DNA of 64,000 nucleotides from Eledone cirrhosa (GCA_964016885.1 CAXHJY010001625.1:1-64000); one strand, 5' to 3'; counted from the stretch's first letter, positions 26,310 to 36,485 are shown. The notes: generated from the letters alone by a model not told the origin. Numbers and translations: made by a program.

Positions 26310-27148
26310 TCATCATCATCGTCGTTTAATGTCCATTTTCCACGCTAGCATGGGTCTGGACGGGAATTGTCCCACTTGAGGCAAGATTGGTTGTCTTGCT
26401 CAGGACTGTCTGGCGGGTTTTCTACGGCTGGATGCCCTTCCTAACACAAACCACGTTTACAGTGGTGGGGTAGGGTTAGTGGGACGGGTGTGTATTTTGG
26501 TTAGGAGGTGCCTACTTAAGCAAGGCGGGTCTTCTGTATTACTACGTAGCGCCAAAGATCTCAGTTCAGTGACATTGTCTTGGAGAGGTGTAAGTGTGTG
26601 AGGTCGGATTTTATCAAGTCGTCCCAGGTTTTTCTGGGTCTGCCTACTCCGTAGCTACTGTCTATTTTGATCGCCCTGCACTTTTTTATACAGCTGTCAT
26701 CTTTCATGCACATCACGTGACCATACCAACATAGTCTTCTCTCGAGTAAACAGCATCTGATCCCTCTTATTCCTAATTTCTCACTTAGTTCATTTATGCT
26801 TTGCCGTTCGCGTATATTACTATTACACATCCAACGGGGCATGCAAGCTTCGTTCCTCTCCAGTCTGCGTAGATCCTCTGCACACAAGGCCCATGTCTCA
26901 CTGCCATGTAACATCGCTGTTTGTATGCAGGTATCATACAGCCTGCCTTTTATTTTTAGAGAGAAACCTTTAGTGGCCAATAGTGGTATAAGCTCTCTGA
27001 ACTTTGTCCATCCCGTTCGGACTCTAGCTACAGTAATTTCGGAGCACCCGCCACTGCTGATTTTGTCATCCAGGTAACGGAAGGTGTCCACTATTTCTAT
27101 AGAACCATCTGGGCAATGGAATGAGCTAGTATTGTGTGGGCATTTGCA
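26310..27148 (-). mobile_element. RTE LINE 3' fragment (RT C-terminus, 3' UTR and (TGA)n tail)
   Basis: ORF 26561-27199 closely matches ORF 29858-30580 (FRYL.DKISS..ARVR.GW.KFREL..HGSETW..WYGHVM..GRPRKTW). Confidence 0.92.
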
Positions 27149-27249
27149 TATATATATATATATATAAGGTAAACAGAAATGACAAAAATAACAAAACAAA
27201 TGGCACAGTACATGGAAGAAATATATTAGTTTAACACTTGGAATAGCAG

Positions 27250-27296
27250 AAAGATAGTCTTAACGTTTTGGACACTAGCCCATCATCTGAAGATAG
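27250..27296 (-). ncRNA. Degenerate minimal hammerhead-like motif (Penelope type)
   Basis: Minus strand reads TCTT CAGATGA TGGGC TAGT GTCC AAAAC GTT AAGA. Stems I and II are present, with two core substitutions. Confidence 0.4.
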
Positions 27297-27418
27297 TATT
27301 AGAAATAAAAGATAAATAGAAAGTAAATAATGATGAGGAAGGAACAGGAGAAAACGAGAAAAAAAAATTGAGGAGTAAAAAAACGTTTGTATTCAGTCAA
27401 CCATCTTGGAGATATATA

Positions 27419-27592
27419 TCATCATCATCACCGTTTAATGTCTGATTTTCCATGCTTGCATGGGTTAGATGGGTCATCCATATTAAGATACAAATCTGGT
27501 CAGTTGGCAGCATCATACCTTGCTCAAACAGAACTGTATTTTGGCTGGTATTTTTACAGCTGGATACCCTTCCTAATACCAACCACATTTAC
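27419..27592 (-). mobile_element. RTE-tail module (short non-autonomous element or 3' UTR fragment)
   Basis: (CAT)n-CCGTTTAATGTC..CATGCTTGCATGGGTT..CAGCTGGATACCCTTCCTAA, followed by (TA)n. Confidence 0.75.
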
Positions 27593-27598
27593 AATATA

Positions 27599-27675
<77 letters not shown>

Positions 27676-27851
27676 ACATTTCGGGTGGGTTATATTGTTA
27701 TAATATTACCAGAAATAATAATAAAACACACTTACTGTTTGGTTTTGGTTGGTTTCCGCTTCTGTATATTTTATATCCCTATAGTTAATTTAGTTGGCAA
27801 TCAATGTTTATCATTGATTGACCAAACGTTAAAAATATAGATATAAATATA

Positions 27852-30580
27852 TATAAGCTTTTCTGGGTGGGAAATGACAATGGGCTGGGTGGGGTAGGAA
27901 TCATGGTAGCAGAAAAGTGGGCAGATAAGATAATAGACGTAAATAGAGTGAACGACAGAATAATTAAAATAAGACTTGTCCTCAATAAAACTACGGTGAC
28001 AGTAATATCTGCGTACGCACCCCAATCCGGACTGCCCGGCGCTATAAAAGACAGATTCTATGAGACACTGATGCTCGCTACCTCCTGTGACGCAAATAAC
28101 CTAACCATCTGTAACACTAACTTCAAAAAACGAGACAATCACCTGATCACCTATAGATCGGGGGAACACACAAGCCAGGTAGATTATATCCTTACCAGAA
28201 GACGTGACAGAGTGTCTGTTGTTAACACTAAATCCCTCCCCCATGAAGAATGCACCTCCCAACATAGACTGATAATTAGCGACCTCATAGTCAGGACGAG
28301 ACGTACTAGACAGCGGAAGAGGACTATCCTCAGGAGAAAAATATGGAAGCTAAAGGACCCCATAGCCAGAAATAAATTTCAAAGCATATTACTTGATGTA
28401 AGGAAGAGCAATTAGAGTGGTATAATATAGAGGAACAGTGGGAATTCCTGAAAGCAAACCTGCTGACGGCGGCAGACGAAGTCTGTGGCTGGAGCAGGCC
28501 TGTAGGTAGGAGGAGAGTAACATGGTGGTGGAACAGTAAGGTGGAGGAGTCAATTAAGGCCAAAAAGCAGGCTTGGAAAGTATGGCGGGATGGGGGAAGT
28601 AGAGAAGACTATCAAGTGGCCAGGAGGGAAGCTAGGAGACAAGTGTACTTCGCAAGAAGGGAAGCAGAGGAAAGAAAGTTCAAGCATGTTATACAACGTG
28701 AGGACCAAAAACGTGAGGTGTTCAGGATTGCTAGGCAATGTGTCAAGGAAAACCGTGATATTGTCGGGGAGAAGTGTGTACTTAATGATGATGGCATACT
28801 TGCCATCACTGACACTGATAAGAAGGTAGCTTGGAAGTGTCACTACGAAAGGCTTCTAAATGAGAACAAATGGGAGAAAGACAGTCTCCTCCACATCGAC
28901 CCAATAGAGGGACCAGCAGTGTTAGTCGAAGGTAGTATAATAAGTAAGGTAATCAAAGATATGAAGACGGGTAAGGCAGCTGGGCCTTCGGAAATAGTTG
29001 CTGAGATGCTGAAAGCCTCTGGAACGGTGGGACACACCATGGTCACCCGGATAGTAAACCAAGTCATACAGAATGGGGTCGTTCCGAAGGACTGGCATAG
29101 CAGCATCATCATGAACTGTTACAAGGGTAAAAGAGATGCCCTAGATAGGTGTAACTATAGAGGCATTAAATTAATCGACCAGGTCATGAAGGTCACGGAA
29201 AAAGTAATAGCGCAACTAATCAGAGAGAGAATTGATATAGATGAAATGCAGTTCGGGTTTGTGTCAGGAAAAAGTACCACAGACGCTCTTTTCATTGTAC
29301 GACAACTACAGGAGAAGTACCTAGCTAAAAGTAAACCCCTATACTTAGCTTTTGTTGACTTGGAGAAAGCCTTCGACAGAGTCCCCCGTCCCATTATCTG
29401 GTGGGCTCTTAGAAAACTAGGTGTTGATGAATGGCTTGTGAGAGCTATACAAGCCATGTATAAAGAAACAGTCAGCAAGGTTAGAATTAACAACGAATAT
29501 AGTGTAGAGTTTAGCGTAAAAGTTGGTGTCCATCAGGGCTCCGTTCTTAGCCCCCTACTATTTATTATTGCCCTTCAGGCTATAACAGAGGAGTTCAAGA
29601 CTGGCTGCCCATGGGAACTCCTATACGCAGATGATCTAACGCTCATAGCTGAATCAATGACCGAACTAGAGAAGAAATTCCAAACATGGAAGCACGGCCT
29701 AGAATCAAAAGGCCTTAAAATTAACCTGGCTAAGACTAAAGTTCTAGTTTGTAGGAAATAAAATAAGGCGGCGGTCCCTTCCGGGAAATGGCCATGCTCA
29801 GTATGTAGGAAAGGCGTAGGGAGAAACTCCATTTTATGTCCCAAATGCAAAGTATGGGTGCATAAAAGATGTAGTGGGATCACAGGTAAGCTAACTAAGA
29901 ACATAGATTTTACATGTGGCCGGTGCTCTGGTGCAATAAGTAGCAGCAAGTGCCCACAAAATACTAGCTCTTTCAATTGCGCAGAGGGTTCTATAGAAAT
30001 AGTGGACAGCTTCCGTTACCTGGGTGACAAAATCAGCAGTGGGGGAGGGTGCTCTGAAAGTACAGTAGCTAGAGTCAGAATTGGATGGAAAAAGTTCAGA
30101 GAGCTTATACCACTATTAGCCGCTAGAGGGTTCTTCCTAAAAATGAAAGGCAGGTTATATGATGCCTGCATACGAACAGCAGTGCTGCATGGCAGTGAGA
30201 CCTGGGCATTGTGTGCAGAGGATATACGCAGACTAGAGAGGAACGAAGCTTGCATGCTCCGCTGGATGTGCAATAGTAATATACGTGAACGGCTAAGCAT
30301 AAACGAACTAAGGAAAAAATTAGAAATAAGAGGGATCAGATGTTGTTTACTCGAGAGAAGGCTACGTTGGTACGGTCACGTGATGCGCATGAAGGACGAT
30401 AGCTGTATAACAAAGTGCAGGGCAATAAAGATAGACGGTAGCCACGGAGTAGGCAGACCCAGAAAAACCTGGGACGACATGATAAATTCCGACCTCACAT
30501 GCTTACACCTCTCCAAGACAATGTCACTGGACCGAGACCTTTGGCGGTACTCAGTAATAGAGAAGACCCGCCTTACCTAA
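27852..30580 (+). pseudogene. Disrupted RTE ORF: APE endonuclease, RT, PHD-like finger, C-terminal domain
   Basis: EN motifs GVGIMV, SAYAPQ, QVDYIL, SQHRL. RT motifs NYRGIKL, QFGF, FVDLEKAFD, GVHQGSVLSPLLF, YADD. There is a frameshift near 28400, an in-frame TAA at 29759-29761, and the GDFN region of the EN is missing. Confidence 0.93.
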
Positions 30581-31078
30581 ATACAAAGTAAAAACCTACT
30601 ACAGTCAGTAGGCATCTCTATCAAAACACCCCCCCGTCCCACCACCTCCACCTCCACCCACACCGCCCCTTTCAATGTAAAGTTATGTTGGTGCCACAAC
30701 ATCCAGGCCGAAACAAATGAGATCGTGTAGGTGTCACGACAAAAAAAACACAGTCCACGCTGTAATGTGGCCGTGTAGGCAACACGGTAAAAACCTCCCA
30801 GCCCCACACTGTAAATGTGGTTGGTGTTAGGAAGGGCATCCAGCTGTAGAAAACCCGCCAGACAGTCCACGCTGTAATGTGGCCGTGTAGGCAACACGGT
30901 AAAAACCTCCCAGCCCCACACTGTAAATGTGGTTGGTGTTAGGAAGGGCATCCAGCTGTAGAAAACCCGCCAGACAGTCCTATGCGAGCAAGACAACCAC
31001 TCTTGCCTCAAGTGGGAAAACCCCCGTCCAAACCCATGCAAGCGTGGAACACGGACGCTAAACCTTGATGATGATGAT
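27852..31078 (+). mobile_element. RTE-clade LINE, 5'-truncated, with 3' UTR and (TGA)n tail
   Basis: APE-endonuclease and RT reading frames run in order, followed by a 3' UTR ending GGACGCTAAACCTTGATGATGATGAT. Confidence 0.95.
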
Positions 31079-31211
31079 AGACCTTCCCCAAATATTACAA
31101 TATTTGTTTCAACACACGATTTCATATCAAAAACCTTGCAAAACAAATTCATCACCATGTTTATATATATAAATGCATGGAAGATAGACGTTAAATGATG
31201 ATGAGGATGGT

Positions 31212-31850
31212 GAGCATCACTCAGCAAGACCTTTGTCAGCCACTCTCCAGCTATCAATTTAAAGCTGTATACAGCTATGGTGCAGCCACACTTAGAATTT
31301 GTATCACCCCTATCTTGCTCAGAACATTGACCACCTGGAAACTGTTCAGGGACGTGCAACCAAGCGAATACCCTCCATCAGACATCTACCATACTCTGAA
31401 CACCTTACTTCCCTGGGCATGGATACATTGAAGCCCCGACATCTGGTAACTGACTTGGTAAACACCTACAAAATTATTAACCATCTTGCCAACAACAACC
31501 CTGAGTACCTTTTTGATTTCCATGTGTCTAACACACGTGAGCATGCCTACAAAGTCAGAAAACAGCACAGTTCCCATGACTTTTGGAAACATTTTTTTCA
31601 CGCTCAGAGTTGCTGAAGCATGGAACAAACTAGCTGCATCAGTTATTAGCTGTCAAAACACTGCATCCTTTAAAACCTCCATGCTTCCTGAGATTCACCA
31701 ACACTACACCTAATATTCCCCCTCCATACACATGTATATCATGACTCATACACTATTCACTTCCCTGACATTTGTATATTATTCTATGTACTATACATGC
31801 ACCTTTGATGAGTTGTAGTGCACCTGAGCACTTTACACAATAATTTCATT
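31212..31850 (+). mobile_element. CR1-clade LINE 3' fragment
   Basis: PYLAQNIDHLETVQGRATKRIPSIRHLPYSE..., homologous to 54590-55290. Confidence 0.88.
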
Positions 31851-31891
31851 CCCGTGGATTTTGTCTATTGTATTCCTTTGTTGTATTTCGA

Positions 31892-31949
31892 ATGCCTGAT
31901 GATGTCATCCGATTCGTGCTGAGCCCGGTCGCTGAAATGATCATGGTAT
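31892..31949 (+). ncRNA. Hammerhead-like relic
   Basis: ATGC CTGATGA ... GAAA TGATCA TG GTAT. Stem III is palindromic and stem I has 4 bp, but stem II is irregular and the cleavage position is G. Confidence 0.35.
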
Positions 31950-32094
31950 AATAGACCTTTTGGGGAATTGCACCAATCCAGTCTCCTGTTATTTTATAAT
32001 ATATATCATCATCATCGTTTAACGTCCATCGTCCACGCTTGCATATGTATATATGTATATATATATATATATATGTATATAAAAAATAATAAAA

Positions 32095-32390
32095 TACAGT
32101 CCACGCTGTAATGTGGTCGTGTAGGTAACACAGTAAAAACCTCCCAGTCTACACTGTAAATGTGATTGGTGTTAGGAAGGGTATCCAGCCGTAGAAAACC
32201 TGCCAGATAGTCCTATACGAGCGAGACACGATCACCCAACCAATCTTGCCTCAAGTTGTACAATTCCTGTCTTAAACCCATACTAGCGTGGAAGATAGAC
32301 CTTAAACGATGATGATGATGATGATTATTATATATATATATATATATATATATTTATTGGTAATAATACGACATGACCCTCCCCAAATAT

Positions 32391-32425
<35 letters not shown>

Positions 32426-32670
32426 GAGGTGCCACAGCAAAAAAGCACCCAGCCCACACTGTAAAGTGGACGTGTAGGCACCATGAAAAAAAGCACCCAG
32501 CACTCACTGTAAATGAGGTTGGTGTTAGGAAGGGCATCCAGCTGTAGAAACCAAGCCAAAATAAGTTCCTGTATGAGCAAGGCATGGTCAGCCGACCAGA
32601 CACTGTCAACAGGACAACCCGTCTAACCCATGCTAGCATGGAAGAACGGACGTAAAACGGTGATGATGAT
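32095..32670 (+). mobile_element. Two RTE-tail modules (about 32095-32325 and 32425-32670)
   Basis: GGTGTTAGGAAGGG.ATCCAGC.GTAGAAA ... GC.TGGAAGA..GAC.T.AAACG(ATG)n. Confidence 0.8.
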
Positions 32671-32677
32671 ATATATA

Positions 32678-32884
32678 ATGAAGGAAGTGTGGTAAGGAAC
32701 CAGGTGGACCATAACGCACCAGAGTACTCAATACTTAGGGTGGTAGAGTGAGTATTAGGAAAATGTTCAAAACCCCAACGGCAGAGCTCAAGCCATTTCG
32801 ACGGCTATTTCTGGACTATTTCAGTCCAGAAATAGCCGTCGAAATGGCTTGAGCTCTGCCGTCAGAGTTTTGAACATTTTCCTA
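32678..32884 (-). mobile_element. Short repeat-element end with a 62-bp-arm fold-back palindrome containing half a hammerhead
   Basis: 32678-32760 is the reverse complement of ~35341-35425. 32778-32817 and 32823-32862 are perfect 40-bp inverted arms. Confidence 0.8.
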
Positions 32885-32968
32885 TATGATAAATTAACGG
32901 AGCCATAGACTCTCGCTATTCCCTGTCATTAATGTGCTCAAAGGAGAAGGAATCCCGAGCCCTTTATA

Positions 32969-33198
32969 ATACAATATGTAGAAAAGATAACACACCAGAG
33001 AGAGAGATAGTGCGCCATCAGTCAAACAGGGAAAAACCACCACTGTATGGCATCTATAACCCATGGAAGGGAAAGTAGACACACAATAATTAAAAGTATA
33101 AATCAAAGTGCAAATACGTACCACTGGTAGCTTTTCCCTGTTTGACTGATGGCGCACTATCGCTCTCTCTGGTGAGTTATCTTCTCTACATATTGTAT
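32969..33198. repeat. Inverted repeat with ~73-bp arms and an ~82-nt spacer
   Basis: Perfect 30-bp core 33006-33035 versus 33132-33161, extending outward with few mismatches. Confidence 0.9.
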
Positions 33199-33253
33199 CA
33201 TCATCATCATCATCATTTTACGTCCGCTTTTCCCTGCTTGCAAGGGTGGGACG

Positions 33254-33292
<39 letters not shown>

Positions 33293-34002
33293 AAATATAT
33301 ATATATGTATATATGCGAAAGGTAAACGGATAAACAACACACCAAAACAAGAGCCTGTAACACTTAATGGAGTCGTCGGAGCAATGTACTGACACACAGT
33401 ATATCTTAGATATTTGAAGTCTGGCAGAACCCATTTCTTCTTCTTCTCCTTCTTTGAGAGAGTGAGTGAGTGTGGAGGAATCTACCCCAATACTGAACTG
33501 GTAATTTATTTATCAACCCTGAAAAGATGAAAGGCAAAGATGATTTTGGATTTGAACTCTGACTACAGTGAACCAGAACAAATACCAAGACACTTTTAAT
33601 CTGATGTCCTAATTATGCTGCCAATTTGCTTTATATATATATCATTATCATCATCAACATTTTTACATTCAATTTTCCACGCTTGGGTTGGACAGGTCCT
33701 TTTCTGCACACAATCCCTCCACTTGCTGCATCTCTTTATCATCTACTTTGTGAGCTGAGTGGACTGGCGTAACATGAAATATAGTGTCTTGCTCAAGGAC
33801 ACGTGCTACTAAGAATTAAACACAACCTTATGGTTGTGAGCTAAACATTAGAGTTGGGAGTATATAGAATTTCAGAGAGCTACTACTTCTGTAAAAGTTG
33901 AAGGTGAAAATGCACAGAAGTATTATTTTTTCTTTAATCCAACAGATTGAATAATTTTATAATTGTTGCATTAAATATAACCAGTTTCAATTGATATACC
34001 AA

Positions 34003-34354
34003 TCATCACCGTTTTACGTCCGTTCTTCCACGCTAGCATGGGTTAGACGGGTTGTCCTGTTGTGGACAGTGTCCGGTTGGCTGACCTTGTCTTGCTCATA
34101 CGGGAACTGATTCTGGCTTGATTTCTACAGCTGCATGCTCTTCCTAACACCAACCTCATTTACAGTGAGTGCTGGGCGCTTTTTTTCCATGGCGCCTACA
34201 CGTCCACTTTACAGTGTGGGCTGGGTGCTTTTTTGCCGTGGCACCTCCACGACCACTTTGCAGTGGGAGGGGGTGGGGGCATATTGTCTATATGCTTCAG
34301 CTTCGGCTTGTACCCGTGGGAAGTCGGGTCTTCTGTATTACTGCGTGATGCCAG
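34003..34354 (-). mobile_element. RTE 3' end (last codons, 3' UTR and tail)
   Basis: GGGTCTTCTGTATTACT matches the RTE ORF end at ~26527. The UTR matches 32425-32670 in inverted orientation. Confidence 0.8.
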
Positions 34355-34358
34355 TGGC

Positions 34359-34464
34359 CGCGGTCATGTGTTATATATATATATATATTTTTGTTTCACA
34401 CACACATACAAACACAAGTGTGTGTGTGAAACAAAAATATATATATATATAACACATGACCGCG
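34359..34464. repeat. Fold-back palindrome
   Basis: CGCGGTCATGTGTTA(TA)nTTTTTGTTTCACACACACA ... TGTGTGTGTGAAACAAAAA(TA)nTAACACATGACCGCG. Confidence 0.9.
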
Positions 34465-34652
34465 ACACAAACACAAGTGTGTGTGTGTGTGTACGTGTAT
34501 TGTACAATGTGAGTGTACAATACATATATGTTAGGAGAAATTTGTATCAAAAGAAAAAATAGAATGGTCAAATTTGAGGTTGCTCAAATGAAACAGGCTT
34601 CAGTTGCGTTCAATATTTAAAGTTATTATCTATTATTTTTTTTATGTCTGAT

Positions 34653-34690
<38 letters not shown>

Positions 34691-34763
34691 TGTGTGTGTA
34701 TCCTGGGTTCAATCGAGGGTAACTCAATACATAGCAGAGTATGAATTATTAATATAGAAATGG

Positions 34764-34810
34764 CTTCTACAGGACTAGAACTGTTTCATTCAAAGGAAAT
34801 CATCAGGATT
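34764..34810 (-). ncRNA. Type I hammerhead-like motif with intact core nucleotides
   Basis: Minus strand reads TC CTGATGA T TTC CTTT GAA T GAAA CAG TTCTAGTC CTG TA GA. Stem I is only ~2 bp. Confidence 0.5.
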
Positions 34811-35097
34811 TTCTCTATACCATGCATGTTTTCTTAGTTATCTGATATATCTATTTACAAGTGTTGATCGTATTGCTAGGCACCCGCCGACGCACTACAT
34901 CTACAATATGGATTCTTCACTTTTTATAGTGAAACATACTCTTATTTGAGCATGTCTGGATGTTATTGTTATAATCGGTTGGTTAATATTCTTTTTATTG
35001 ATTTGTATTCACCATTCCTTCCGTAGGTAATATGTTTGTCACTCTGGTGGTTTTTGATCCCCTATGATTGAACTCATATCTCTGTGTACCTCTCTCT

Positions 35098-35275
35098 ATC
35101 ATCATCATCATCATCATCATCGTTTAACGTCCGTGTTCCATGCTTGCATGGGTTTGGACGGAGGGTTTTCCCACTTGAGGCAAGAGTGGTTATCTTGCTC
35201 GCATAGGACTATCTGGCGGGTTTTCTACAGCTGGATGCCCTTCCTAACACCAACCACATTTACAGTGTGGGGCTG
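35098..35275 (-). mobile_element. RTE-tail module
   Basis: Near-identical to the reverse complement of 30910-31078. Confidence 0.85.
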
Positions 35276-35282
35276 GATGTTG

Positions 35283-35331
<49 letters not shown>

Positions 35332-35427
35332 AAAAAGTACTTTTTCCTATTACCCACTCTACTACCCTAAGTATTGAGTACTCTGGTGCATTATGGTCCA
35401 TCTGGTTCCTTACCACAATTCCTTTGT

Positions 35428-35562
35428 CCCTTTACAGTCTGAGTTCAAATCCCGCTGAGGTTCACTTTGCCTTTCATCCTTACGGGCTCGATAAAATAAA
35501 GTACCAGTAATGCACTGGCATTACCAGTAATTGCTGGCCTTATGCCAAAAGTAGAAACAATT
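35428..35562 (+). mobile_element. SINE family A short form, 5'-truncated
   Basis: B-box, core and tail. Confidence 0.85.
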
Positions 35563-35616
35563 ATATATATATATATATGTAGTAAATATCTGTAACTGTG
35601 AAAAAGTAAAGTATTT

Positions 35617-35656
<40 letters not shown>

Positions 35657-35756
35657 CATGCTAGCATTGAAAATGGATGTTAGATGATGATGATCATCAT
35701 CATGCTAGCATGGAAAAGCAGACGTAAAAATGATGATGATGATATATATATATATA

Positions 35757-36025
35757 ATAATGAAAATTATTGTGTACAGTGCTCAGGTGCACTACAACTC
35801 ATCAAAGGTTCATGTACAGTTCATAGAATAATGTACAAAAGTCAGGAAAGTGAACAGTGTATGAGTCATGATATACACGCAGGCAGACAGGCATGCACAC
35901 ACACACACATACACACTCACGTGAGTGCGTGTGTATGGAGAGGGAATATCAGGTGTAGTGTTGGCGAATTTTGGGAAGTATGGAAGTTTTGAAGGATGCA
36001 CTGTTCCAAAAGCTAACAACTGATT
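35757..36025 (-). mobile_element. CR1 3' end fragment
   Basis: Reverse complement of ~55065-55290 (ASFKTSILPKIRQHYT plus UTR). Confidence 0.85.
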
Positions 36026-36034
36026 GTATGTATG

Positions 36035-36097
<63 letters not shown>

Positions 36098-36098
<1 letters not shown>

Positions 36099-36485
36099 CA
36101 TCATCATCATCATCATCATTTTACGTCCGCTTTTCCCTGCTTGCAAGGGTGGGATGGGTCTTATTCAGCACAGCATCTCTCCACTCGTCACGGTCCTTCG
36201 TCATCTCCACCGTGAGCTTCAATGATCTGAGGTCTGTTCTCACCACCTCCGCCCATGTTTTTCTTGGTCTACCTCTACCACGTCTTCCCTCAACTGACAT
36301 TTCCTGGCACTTCTTCACCCATCGGTCATCCTCCATGCGCATCACATGTCCATACCACCTCAGTCTCCTCTCCCGTACACTACATTCTATCCCTCTCAGA
36401 CACAGTTTCTCTCTCAACACATTTATGCTGGGTCGTTCACGCACATTGACACTGCACATCCAACGGAGCATGCTTGCCTCATTTC
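36098..36485 (-). mobile_element. RTE 3' fragment of a second subfamily with a very short 3' UTR
   Basis: RNEASMLRWMC..RRLRWYGHVMR..GRPRKTW..DRDEWR is followed directly by GCAAGCAGGGAAAAGCGGACGTAAAA(TGA)n. Confidence 0.9.

Noticed and set aside
28330-30300. Antisense and alternate-frame ORFs over the RTE (likewise over the CR1)
   Set aside because: These are shadows of the LINE coding sequence.
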